64,000 nucleotides of DNA from the NCBI GenBank assembly GCA_963708025.1, contig CAVPSB010000002.1, forward strand, positions 32,001 to 96,000. The letters are read 5' to 3'. Each line of letters begins with the position of its first letter. Positions within the stretch are counted from its first letter, which is position 1. Below the pieces are notes generated by a model, which searched no databases, was not told the origin of the DNA, and saw only the letters and a list, made by a program, of their open reading frames with translations. Below are positions 40,272-48,615 of the stretch, piece after piece. This DNA comes from an uncultured Candidatus Rokubacteria bacterium. GTDB lineage: Bacteria; Methylomirabilota; Methylomirabilia; Rokubacteriales; DASRDR01. The position numbers and the translations under genes are program-made.

Positions 40272-41888
40272 ATGGCCCAGCCCGGCTACGCGTATCGCCC
40301 GGTCGCCTACGGCGCCCAGGGTCTCGTCGCCGCCGCCCATCCCTCCGCCACGCTCGCCGGCCTCGAGGTGCTCAAGGGCGGGGGCAACGTCGTCGACGCC
40401 GCCCTCGCCGTGAACGCGGTCCTGGCGGTCGTGCAGCCGCACATGTGCGGCCTCGGCGGTGACCTCTTCGCGCTCCTGTACCACGCGCCGACCGGCGAGG
40501 TCGTCTTCCTCAACGGCGCCGGCCGGTCCGGCTCCGGCGCCGGCGTGGAGGCGATCCGGGAGCGCGGTCTCCCGGCCATCCCGTTCATCGGGCCTCTGGC
40601 GGTCTCGGTGCCGGGCTGCGTCGATGCCTGGGCTGCCCTCGGCGGCCGCTACGGCACCCTCGGCCTCGGTGAGCTCCTGAAGCCGGCGATCGCCCTGGCT
40701 GCCGACGGCTTCCCGGTGAGCGATCTCCTCGCCCAGACAATCCGCGAGCGTGCCCCGGTGATCGAGGATCCGGAGTGGCATCGCATCTACGCCCCGGGCG
40801 GCGAGGCCCCGAGGGCCGGGGACCGCCTGCGCCAGCCGGACCTGGCGCGGAGCCTGTCCCTCGTCGCCGAGGGCGGCGCCGACGCGCTCTACCGGGGGGA
40901 GCTGGGGGCGCGACTGGTCCACCACGTCGCCGCCGGTGGAGGCTTCCTCACGCCGGAGGACCTGGCCGGCCACGCGAGCCGCTGGCAGCCGCCGATCGCG
41001 ACGAACTACCGGGGGGCCACGGTCTGGCAGACACCTCCGCCGACCCACGGCCTGACCGTGCTCCAGGCGCTGAACCTGCTGGAGGGGTTCGACCTCGGCG
41101 CCATGACCCACCATTCGCCCGCGCACCTCCACCTGCTCGTGGAGGCGATCAAGGTCGCCTACGCGGACCGCGACCGCTTCATCGGCGACCCCGACCACGT
41201 GGAGGTTCCCGTCGCGGGCCTCCTCGACAAGGGGTACGCCGCGCGGCGGCGGGCCCTGATCGATCCCCGGCGGGCAGCGGCGGGCGTCGCGTGCGGCGAC
41301 CCGGTCGGGGACACGACCGGGTTCGTGGCCGCCGACGCGGGCGGCTCGGTGATCGCTGTTATCCAGAGCCTCTACTTCGGCTTCGGCTCCGGCGTGGTCC
41401 CGCCCGGCACCGGGATCACGCTCCACAACCGGGGCGCGGCGTTCTCGCTCGACGCGGCGTCCCCGAGCGTGCTCGCGCCTCGGAAGCAGCCGTTCCACAC
41501 GCTGATCGCGGCGCTCGTCGTCCGTGGCACGGCGCCGGTGGCGGCGCTGGCGACGATGGGTGGCCACGCCCAGCCGCAGACCCACGTCCAGGTCCTCACG
41601 AACCTCCTCGACTTCGGGATGGATCCCCAGGAGGCGATCGAGCGCCCCCGCTTCGTCCAGGGCCGGATGCGCCCGACAGACCCCGCCGACCGGCTGCGCA
41701 TTGAAGCGCGCGTGCCGGCGCGGGTGCGGGCGGCGCTGGCCCGGCGGGGCCACCTGCTCGACGTCGTGGCCGACCGGGCCGTGACGATGGGCCACGCCCA
41801 CGGGCTCACGGTGAGCGACCGGGCCGACGGCCGGGTCCTGGCCGGCGGCGCCGATCCGCGTGGCGACGGCCTCGCCCTCGGCTACTGA
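40272..41888 (+). CDS. ggt: Gamma-glutamyltransferase family protein
   Basis: GGNVVDAA, PHMCGLGGD, catalytic GDTT, PFHTL, MGG, ADPRGDG. Confidence 0.92.
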   Translation: MAQPGYAYRPVAYGAQGLVAAAHPSATLAGLEVLKGGGNVVDAALAVNAVLAVVQPHMCGLGGDLFALLYHAPTGEVVFLNGAGRSGSGAGVEAIRERGLPAIPFIGPLAVSVPGCVDAWAALGGRYGTLGLGELLKPAIALAADGFPVSDLLAQTIRERAPVIEDPEWHRIYAPGGEAPRAGDRLRQPDLARSLSLVAEGGADALYRGELGARLVHHVAAGGGFLTPEDLAGHASRWQPPIATNYRGATVWQTPPPTHGLTVLQALNLLEGFDLGAMTHHSPAHLHLLVEAIKVAYADRDRFIGDPDHVEVPVAGLLDKGYAARRRALIDPRRAAAGVACGDPVGDTTGFVAADAGGSVIAVIQSLYFGFGSGVVPPGTGITLHNRGAAFSLDAASPSVLAPRKQPFHTLIAALVVRGTAPVAALATMGGHAQPQTHVQVLTNLLDFGMDPQEAIERPRFVQGRMRPTDPADRLRIEARVPARVRAALARRGHLLDVVADRAVTMGHAHGLTVSDRADGRVLAGGADPRGDGLALGY

Positions 41889-42071
41889 GAAAGCCGCGGG
41901 GCGGCGGAGGGGGGCGGCGGCTCGGTTACGGACACGGAGCACAGGAAACAAGGACAGGAACAAGCACCGGGAACAAGTGAATGTTCTCCGGCTCCTCCTC
42001 CCCGGTGGCACCGGGGGGACGGGACGTGCGAGGGCGCGCGTCCTCCGAGCCGTCCCGGCGATCCTGGTCGA

Positions 42072-42116
42072 ACAGGGGAGGGGGCTGGGGGGGTGGGCGG
42101 GAGGTCCCGAACGATG
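42072..42116 (+). repeat. Repeat family A, partial 3' copy 5, providing the SD of the acuB-like gene
   Basis: ggggagggggctgggggggtgggcgggaggtcccgaacgATG. Confidence 0.75.
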
Positions 42117-42725
42117 CTCTCGGTCCGCGACGTCATGTCCACGGATCTGGTGACGGTCGGCCCCGGCGAGTCAGCGCGCCGCGCCTACGAGGTGATGCGG
42201 GATCGGCGGATCCGCCATCTGCCGGTCGTCGACAACGACCGGTTGGTCGGCATCCTCTCCGATCGCGACCTCCGGCCGGTCCTTCTCTCGCCCGGGCTCG
42301 CCGGCGCCGCGGTGTCGGAGCTGATGAGCGAGCAGCCCACCACGATCGCCCCCGGGGCCCCGGTGGAGGACGCGGCGAGCGTGCTCGTCGTCCGGAAGAT
42401 CGGCTGCCTGCCCGTCGTCGAGGACGGCCGGCTGATCGGCATCGTGACCGAGACCGACCTCCTGGCCGTTCTCGTCGAGCTGCTGGGACTCTTGAGCCAT
42501 TCGACCCGCCTCGACGTCGTCGTGCCGGGCGGCCCCGACGCCTACGAGAAGGTCGTCGAGGTGATCCGGGGGCACCAGGGCCAGATCATGAGCGTCGGCG
42601 CCGTGCCCGGCTCGGGCGGCCAGACGATCTTCAGCGTGAGGCTCGAGCCCTGCGACACGCGGCCACTGGTCGTCGCGCTGAGCCGCGCGGGGTTCGAGGT
42701 GCTCTCGCCGCGGCCCGGGGCATGA
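42114..42725 (+). CDS. CBS-pair plus ACT domain protein (AcuB-like)
   Basis: VRDVMS, IRHLPVV, GILSDRDL, IGCLPVV, GIVTETDLL, then an ACT-like tail. Confidence 0.88.
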   Translation: MLSVRDVMSTDLVTVGPGESARRAYEVMRDRRIRHLPVVDNDRLVGILSDRDLRPVLLSPGLAGAAVSELMSEQPTTIAPGAPVEDAASVLVVRKIGCLPVVEDGRLIGIVTETDLLAVLVELLGLLSHSTRLDVVVPGGPDAYEKVVEVIRGHQGQIMSVGAVPGSGGQTIFSVRLEPCDTRPLVVALSRAGFEVLSPRPGA

Positions 42726-42933
42726 GCCGAATGAGGCGCACGGTGTCGCCTCCCTCGTTCCGCCGACCTCGTGCCCCGTCGGGAGTGCGGGTCGCCCCCC
42801 CTCCCCCGGCCAGAGGCCGGAGGCCGTCGGCCAGAGGCCGGAGGCCGTCGGCCAGAGGCCGGAGGCCGTCGGTTGGTCGGGAGGGGTCGCCCAAGGCCGA
42901 AGGCCGTCAAAGGGTGGGGGTGGACTCGAATGA
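42722..42933 (+). repeat. Repeat family A, copy 6, with three exact tandem 21-bp modules (42808-42870)
   Basis: ATGA at both ends; (ggccagaggccggaggccgtc)x3. Confidence 0.9.
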
Positions 42934-43808
42934 CCGTCCGGCTGCGGCGAAGCCTCCTGTTCGTTCCGGGCAGCACCCCGGAGCGGATCGCCAAGGCGGC
43001 CGCCACCGAGGCCGACGGCATCATCCTCGACCTGGAGGACGCCGTGGCGCCCGGCGAGAAGGCGCGGGCCCGCGAATGGGTCGTCGCGGCGCTCCGCACC
43101 GTCGACTTCCGAGGGCGCGAGCGGATCGTCCGCGTGAACGCGCTGGACGGCCCCCACGGGGGGGACGACTTGGCCGCCGTGGTCCCGGGCGCTCCGGATG
43201 CCGTGCTCATCCCGAAGGTCGGGGCGCCGGACGAGGTGGCCCGCCTGGACCAGGCCCTGGCTCGACTCGAGGGGGCGGCGGGGCTCGAGGCCGGCCGGAT
43301 CCGCGTGCACCTGCTGATCGAGACCGTGGCCGGCGTGCTCAACGCCGTGGAGATCGCTCGGGCGTCGTCCCGGACGGTCGCGCTGCTCTTCGGCGCCGGC
43401 GACCTGATCCGCGAGACCCGGGGCCGTCTCGTCCCCGGCCGCGCCTCCGAGCTCTTCGCGCTGAGCCAGGTCCTCCTGGCCGCGCGCGCGGCGGGTCTGG
43501 CGGCCCTCGACACGCCGTACTTCGAGCTGGAGAACCCGGCCGGGCTCGACGTCCATACCCGGTTCGCGGCGGATCTGGGCTACGATGGCAAGGCGGTGAT
43601 CCACCCCAAGCAGATCGAGGTCGTGAACCGGCACTTCACCCCGTCGCCCGAGGCGGTGGCCGACGCCCGGCGGATCCTGGGGGCCTACGAGGAAGCGGCT
43701 GCTCAGGGGTCGGGGGCCCTGTCCCTCGACGGGCGGTTCATCGACGCGGTCCACGTGACCATGGCGCGCCAAACGCTCGAGCGGGCGCGTCTGGCCGGAG
43801 TGGCCTGA
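42930..43808 (+). CDS. CitE-like CoA ester lyase (HpcH/HpaI aldolase/citrate lyase family)
   Basis: RRSLLFVPG, DLEDAV, VRVN, IET, GYDGKAVIHPKQI. Confidence 0.92.
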   Translation: MTVRLRRSLLFVPGSTPERIAKAAATEADGIILDLEDAVAPGEKARAREWVVAALRTVDFRGRERIVRVNALDGPHGGDDLAAVVPGAPDAVLIPKVGAPDEVARLDQALARLEGAAGLEAGRIRVHLLIETVAGVLNAVEIARASSRTVALLFGAGDLIRETRGRLVPGRASELFALSQVLLAARAAGLAALDTPYFELENPAGLDVHTRFAADLGYDGKAVIHPKQIEVVNRHFTPSPEAVADARRILGAYEEAAAQGSGALSLDGRFIDAVHVTMARQTLERARLAGVA

Positions 43809-44287
43809 TGGCCCGCAGCCTCGCCGCCGCCGCCTCGGGGCTGGTGCTGCTGGCCTGGGCGGTCCTGGCGGGGGCGGCGGGCTGGGGGGGAATCACCCCC
43901 GGGCAGACGCTCCGGCGCGAGGTCGAGGCGCGCTACGGCAAGCCCAGCCGGGAGCGCACGGTCGCCGAGGAGGGCCGCACCACGGCCGAGTGGACGTATA
44001 CCGGCGACCAGGCCCCGCGGGGGATCGATCGCATGGTGGTGAGCTTCGGCCTCATCAAGAGCGGCCTCTTCCAGCCCGACGTCGTCCGCGCGCTCACCCT
44101 GCACACCCGGCGGGGAGTCTTCCCGATGAAGATGATCGCGGCGGGCTGGGGGAAGCCCGACGCCATCGGCACCGACGAGCAGACCGGCCGGCCGGCGTTC
44201 CGGTACGAGGCCAAGGGCCTGCTCGTCATCCTGGACAAGACCGGGGCGTGGGCGGAGATGATGGTGTTCGCTCCCGAGCGCCCCTAG
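43808..44287 (+). CDS. Hypothetical exported protein
   Basis: Signal peptide then WGGITPG; TGATG coupling to the upstream gene. Confidence 0.7.
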   Translation: MARSLAAAASGLVLLAWAVLAGAAGWGGITPGQTLRREVEARYGKPSRERTVAEEGRTTAEWTYTGDQAPRGIDRMVVSFGLIKSGLFQPDVVRALTLHTRRGVFPMKMIAAGWGKPDAIGTDEQTGRPAFRYEAKGLLVILDKTGAWAEMMVFAPERP

Positions 44288-44585
44288 GAGCTTCGGGAGG
44301 GTGTCGGAACACCCCCCGATTCCCCCCCGCCGTTGCGCCGGCAAAGCCGGCGCTCGGACGCTCTTCGCGACTCCCCCGCCTGAACGCGACAGGGCATGCT
44401 CCGACAGATCCCCAGACCAAGGAGCCCGTCGGAGTATGTCGTGTCGCTGGCCGTGCGCCGTGAGCCATGAAGAGCCTCCGAGCGGCCACCCCACGCGGAG
44501 GCGCTTCGCGCCTCTGGCGTGGGTACCCCGGCTGCCGCCACGACGGGGGGATCGGGGGGTCTTCAGAGACCGCCCGAAGGATCCC
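44284..44585. repeat. Repeat family B, inverted pair (REPIN-like, ~300 bp)
   Basis: Left arm cttcgggagggtgtcggaacaccccccga...cgctcggacgctcttc; right arm gaagagcctccgagcg...tcggggggtcttcagagaccgcccgaag; internal ctccgac/gtcggag stem. Confidence 0.75.
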
Positions 44586-44650
44586 CGGCGGGGCCCCGCG
44601 AGGCGCATTGTTCGCGGGTGGGTCGTGGTGATAGGCTGGAGGCGCCTTCT

Positions 44651-45547
44651 ATGACCCTCCCCCACGATCCGATCGAGAGCCTCTGTGCGCTCGACGCCGC
44701 CGGCCGCGGCATCGCGCGGCTCCTGGTCCCCGGCGACATGGCCGCCGCCGCGCGCAGCCTGGCGCGCGCCCGGCGGGTGGCGCTCGTCACCGGCTTCGTC
44801 CCCCGTGCGGAGTGGGCCGCCGAGACCGACGGGCCCTCCGGCACGGTCGTGCTCGGCCGCGCGCTCCGGCAGCTCGGGGCCGACGTCGTCTACGTGGCCG
44901 ATCCGCCGGTGCTGCCGCTCGTCGAGGCGTGCCTCAAGGCGCTAGGAGAGCCGCTCGACCTGGTCGCGGTGCCGGCCGATCCAGTCGCGGCGGTCGCCGC
45001 CGCCCGCCGGGCCCTGGGTGACTTCGGCCCCACGCACCTCGTCGCGGTGGAGCGGCCGGGGCGGGCGGCGGACGGCGGCTACTACAACGCCCGCGGCGGC
45101 TCCGTCGCGGCTCTCAACGCGCCCCTCGACGCGCTCTTCCGCGGGCGCCGCAACGGTGCGGTGACGGTCGGGGTCGGCGACGGGGGCAACGAGATCGGGA
45201 TGGGGCGGGTCCGGGCCCGGGTCGTGCGCGACGTCCCGCACGGAGCGAAGATCGGCTCGATCGTCCGCACCGACCACCTGGTCGTGGCCGGCACGTCGAA
45301 CTGGGGCGCCTGGGGCCTGGCCGCCCACCTCTCGCTCGGGGCCGGCCGGAGCCTGCTCCATGGCTCCGAGGAGGAAGCCCGGCTGACCCGGGCCATGGTG
45401 GCGGCGGGCGGTGTCGACGGGCTCACCGGCGGCGCGGTGCCGACCGTTGACAGCCTGCCCCTGACGCTGCACCAGACGTTCCTGGAAACGCTCCGCGAGC
45501 TGACCGCGTACCTCATCACCCGACGCGCTGAAAGGGAGACGACCTGA
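44651..45547 (+). CDS. DUF4392 / D-glutamate cyclase-domain protein
   Basis: TGF...ETDGP, VERPG, GVGDGGNEIGMG, SNWGAWG. Confidence 0.85.
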   Translation: MTLPHDPIESLCALDAAGRGIARLLVPGDMAAAARSLARARRVALVTGFVPRAEWAAETDGPSGTVVLGRALRQLGADVVYVADPPVLPLVEACLKALGEPLDLVAVPADPVAAVAAARRALGDFGPTHLVAVERPGRAADGGYYNARGGSVAALNAPLDALFRGRRNGAVTVGVGDGGNEIGMGRVRARVVRDVPHGAKIGSIVRTDHLVVAGTSNWGAWGLAAHLSLGAGRSLLHGSEEEARLTRAMVAAGGVDGLTGGAVPTVDSLPLTLHQTFLETLRELTAYLITRRAERETT

Positions 45548-46860
45548 TGGCCGAGACCGTGATCGAGCGCTACCGGAAAGCCTGTCCGGGCTCCTGGGCC
45601 CAGTGGGAGAAGGCCTGTCGCGTGATTCCCGGCGGCATCACCCATGACGGCCGCTACCTGACGCCGTTCCCGCTCTACGTGAGCCGGGCGGCCGGGCCGC
45701 GGAAGTGGGATGTTGACGGCCGCGAGTACGTCGACTACTGGATGGGGCACGGCGCCCTCTTCCTGGGCCACGCGCACCCCACGCTGGTCGAGGCCGTCAC
45801 CCGGCAGGTGGCGCGCGGCACGCACTACGGCGCCTGCCACGAGCTGGAGGTCGAGTGGGCGGAGTGGATCACGCGGCTCATCCCCTCGGCCGAGATGGTG
45901 CGCTTCACGATGTCGGGCACCGAGGCGACGCACCTGGCGCTGCGGCTTGCTCGTGCGGCCACCGCGCGGCCGAAGATCGTGAAGTTCACGGGCCACTTCC
46001 ACGGCTGGCACGACGGGGTCTCGACCGCGGTGAACCCGCCGTACGAGATCCCGATGTCGGCGGGGATCCCGGGCGCGGTCCTCGGCGAGGTCCTCGTCTC
46101 CCCGGCCAACGACATCGCGGCGCTGGAGCGCCTCCTGGGGGGCCGGCAGGACGTGGCCGCGGTCATCCTCGAGCCGAGCGGCGCCCAGGCCGGCACCGTC
46201 CCGGTCGATCCGGGGTTCCTGAAGGACCTCCGTCAGCTCACCGCCGACCGGGGCGTCGTGCTCATCTTCGACGAGGTCATCACCGGCTTCCGGTACGCGC
46301 CCGGCGGCGCCCAGGAGTACTACGGCATCACGCCCGACCTGACGACGCTGGCCAAGATCGTGGCCGGCGGTCTGCCCGGCGCGGCGGTGTGCGGGAAGCG
46401 GGCGCTGGTCTCCCTCATGAAGTTCGGCGATGACGCCGCGTGGAACCGGACCCAGCGGGTCGCCCAGAACGGCACCTACAACTCGAACCCGGTCGTTTCC
46501 GCCGCCGGCATCGCCATGCTGTCCCAGATCGCGGACGGCAAGCTCCACGAGCGGGCCAACGCGTTGGGCGCCGAGCTGCGGGGCGGTCTGAACGAGGTGT
46601 TCCGGAAGGCGGGCGTCCCCTGCGTCGCCTACGGCGACGTGTCGATCTGCCACATCTCGCTGGAGGGGCCGCCGGCCGCGGGCAAGGCGAAGAACCCCAA
46701 GCTCTACCACACCTGGCGGTGCGCGCTCATCCTCCACGGCGTGGACATGTCCGCGTACCACGGCTGGGTCTCGGCGGTGCACGGGGAGCGGGAGATCGAA
46801 GAGACCATCCATGCGGTAGCTGGGGCGGTGACCGACCTCCAGGCCGAAGGAGCCCTCTGA
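45547..46860 (+). CDS. Class III PLP aminotransferase (GSA-aminomutase-like), paralog 1
   Basis: WDVDGREYVDY, SGTEAT, FHGWHD, FDEVITGFR, Schiff-base K in TLAKIVAGGLP. Confidence 0.9.
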   Translation: MAETVIERYRKACPGSWAQWEKACRVIPGGITHDGRYLTPFPLYVSRAAGPRKWDVDGREYVDYWMGHGALFLGHAHPTLVEAVTRQVARGTHYGACHELEVEWAEWITRLIPSAEMVRFTMSGTEATHLALRLARAATARPKIVKFTGHFHGWHDGVSTAVNPPYEIPMSAGIPGAVLGEVLVSPANDIAALERLLGGRQDVAAVILEPSGAQAGTVPVDPGFLKDLRQLTADRGVVLIFDEVITGFRYAPGGAQEYYGITPDLTTLAKIVAGGLPGAAVCGKRALVSLMKFGDDAAWNRTQRVAQNGTYNSNPVVSAAGIAMLSQIADGKLHERANALGAELRGGLNEVFRKAGVPCVAYGDVSICHISLEGPPAAGKAKNPKLYHTWRCALILHGVDMSAYHGWVSAVHGEREIEETIHAVAGAVTDLQAEGAL

Positions 46861-46867
46861 GGCGGGG

Positions 46868-47185
46868 ATGCTCGCGGCCGACGACAAGCGACGCGAGCTC
46901 CGCCGAATCTACGAGCTGGCGCACCAGTCCGACGCCTTCGAGGGCGGTGTCACCTTCGAGGATGACTCCGAGATCCTGATCGTGGGAGACTGGGCCCTGC
47001 TCGCCTACGACGAGGAGGACGAGCTGGCGCTGTCGTTTCACCTGAACGCCCATCCGGTGGAGGTCGCCCGCTTCACGCGGTTTCTCGTCGAGCACGAGGT
47101 GGAGTTCGTCCTCTTCGAGGCGTTCGTCATCAACGACAAGGACGAGATCGTCTTCGAGTCCGACCTGGAGGGACGCGCGGGGTGA
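46868..47185 (+). CDS. Acidic hypothetical protein
   Basis: 105-aa D/E-rich ORF with typical codon bias, overlapping the next gene (GTGA). Confidence 0.7.
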   Translation: MLAADDKRRELRRIYELAHQSDAFEGGVTFEDDSEILIVGDWALLAYDEEDELALSFHLNAHPVEVARFTRFLVEHEVEFVLFEAFVINDKDEIVFESDLEGRAG

Positions 47186-48027
47186 GACGGCTGGCGGGCA
47201 TCATCGTGGGACTCCTGCTGGCGGGGCTGGTAGGAGGGAGCGCGACGCGGGTGATCGGGCAGCCGGCCAGGGCCATGGCGACGCATCCCGGGAAAGCCAC
47301 CTACGACCAGTACTGCGCGACCTGTCACGGCGAGACCGGCCAGGCCGACGGCCCGGGGGCCGGAAACCTCCCCATCAAGCCGCCCCCGTTCACCGACGGG
47401 CGGCTCATGAACCCGCTGCCCGACGAGTTCCTCTTCAAGGTCATCAGCGAGGGCGCCGGCTCGGTGGGCCTGGCCCCCCAGATGCCGGCGTTCCGCCCGC
47501 CGCTCACGGACCGCCAGATCCAGGATGTGATCGGCTACGTCCGGACGTTCGCCCAGCCGCCCTACCAGTCGCGGCCGGTCGCCGCCGTGAAGCCGTGGGC
47601 GGCGCCGCCGGCCCAGCCCATCGAGTTCAGCCACGTCGTCCACGCCGGCTCCTACCGGATCGAGTGCCAGTACTGCCACGCCGACGCCCGGCGCTCCACC
47701 TACGCCGGCCTGCCGTCCGTGGAGCGCTGTATGGGCTGCCACAAGATCGTCGCCGCCCAGGGCAATCCCGAGATCCAGAAGCTCCACGAGCACTGGAACC
47801 AGAAGCAGTCCATCCCCTGGGTCCGGATCCACAAGGTGCCGGGCTACGTGTACTTCCCTCACAAGCGGCACGTCGCGGCCGGCCTCGCCTGCCAGGAGTG
47901 CCACGGGCCCGTCGAGCGGATGCAGCGGGTGGCGCAGGTCTCGCCCCTGTCGATGGGCTGGTGCGTCGAGTGCCATGCCCGGCGCCAGCCGGCCGCTTCA
48001 CTCGACTGTGTGATCTGCCACCACTGA
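47182..48027 (+). CDS. Hexahaem c-type cytochrome (class I monohaem domain plus ActA/c3-like pentahaem domain)
   Basis: CATCH, CQYCH, CMGCH, CQECH, CVECH, CVICH; QPIEFSHVVHAG and LSMGWC motifs. Confidence 0.88.
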   Translation: MRRLAGIIVGLLLAGLVGGSATRVIGQPARAMATHPGKATYDQYCATCHGETGQADGPGAGNLPIKPPPFTDGRLMNPLPDEFLFKVISEGAGSVGLAPQMPAFRPPLTDRQIQDVIGYVRTFAQPPYQSRPVAAVKPWAAPPAQPIEFSHVVHAGSYRIECQYCHADARRSTYAGLPSVERCMGCHKIVAAQGNPEIQKLHEHWNQKQSIPWVRIHKVPGYVYFPHKRHVAAGLACQECHGPVERMQRVAQVSPLSMGWCVECHARRQPAASLDCVICHH

Positions 48028-48118
48028 CAGCGTGTGAACGGATCGGGTCCTCCGGCCCCCCCTCCCCCCCGGTGGGTGGGGGAGGGGGTGGGGGGGTGGG
48101 CGGGAGGTTCCGAATTGA
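48025..48118 (+). repeat. Repeat family A, copy 7
   Basis: TGA-cagcgtgtga...cctccggcccccc...ggtgggtgggggaggggg...gggcgggaggttccgaat-TGA. Confidence 0.88.
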
Positions 48119-48522
48119 GGCCAGTCATGAAAACGGCGGTTCGGCGCGGCGAGGGTGAGCTCCTGATGCTCGGTGGCCGGAGGCCGATCGAGATCCTGGT
48201 GGAGCGGGCGACCACGGCGACCCGGGCCTTCACCATGGGGGCGCAGACGATCGCCCCCGGCGCCGAGGTGCCAGAGCACAAGCACGCGGAGGAGGAGATC
48301 CTCTTCGTTTACGCGGGGAGCGGGCGGATCACGGTCGGCGGCGTCGCCCACGAGGTCACCCCGGAGACGGCGGTCTTCGTCCCCGGCGACACCTATCACC
48401 GGATCGAGAACACCGGCCCGGACGAGCTCCGGATGACCTTCACGCTCTCGCCCCCGGGCTACGAGGAGTTCTTCCGAAACCTCGCGCACACGCAGACCGA
48501 TCACGCCCCCACGCCGGCCTGA
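48115..48522 (+). CDS. Cupin-2 domain protein (start TTG 48115 or ATG 48127)
   Basis: PEHKHAEEEILFVYAGSG...VFVPGDTYHRIEN. Confidence 0.85.
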   Translation: MRPVMKTAVRRGEGELLMLGGRRPIEILVERATTATRAFTMGAQTIAPGAEVPEHKHAEEEILFVYAGSGRITVGGVAHEVTPETAVFVPGDTYHRIENTGPDELRMTFTLSPPGYEEFFRNLAHTQTDHAPTPA

Positions 48523-48615
48523 CGCCACCCCGGCGTCGGCTCTGCACGGCGCCGGCTCGTGGACGTCTCCAGTGGAACGGAATGCGCCGGGTGGGGTCCC
48601 TCCGGGAGGCGACCA

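Noticed and set aside
38751-42011. Long antisense ORFs (also 3690-5645, 12370-14823, 27468-29696 and the upstream extension of 21334-24534)
   Set aside because: They are shadow frames of well-supported genes in high-GC DNA, with no recognisable motifs.
42808-42870. CRISPR array
   Set aside because: The 21-bp units are directly adjacent with no spacers, and there are no cas genes.
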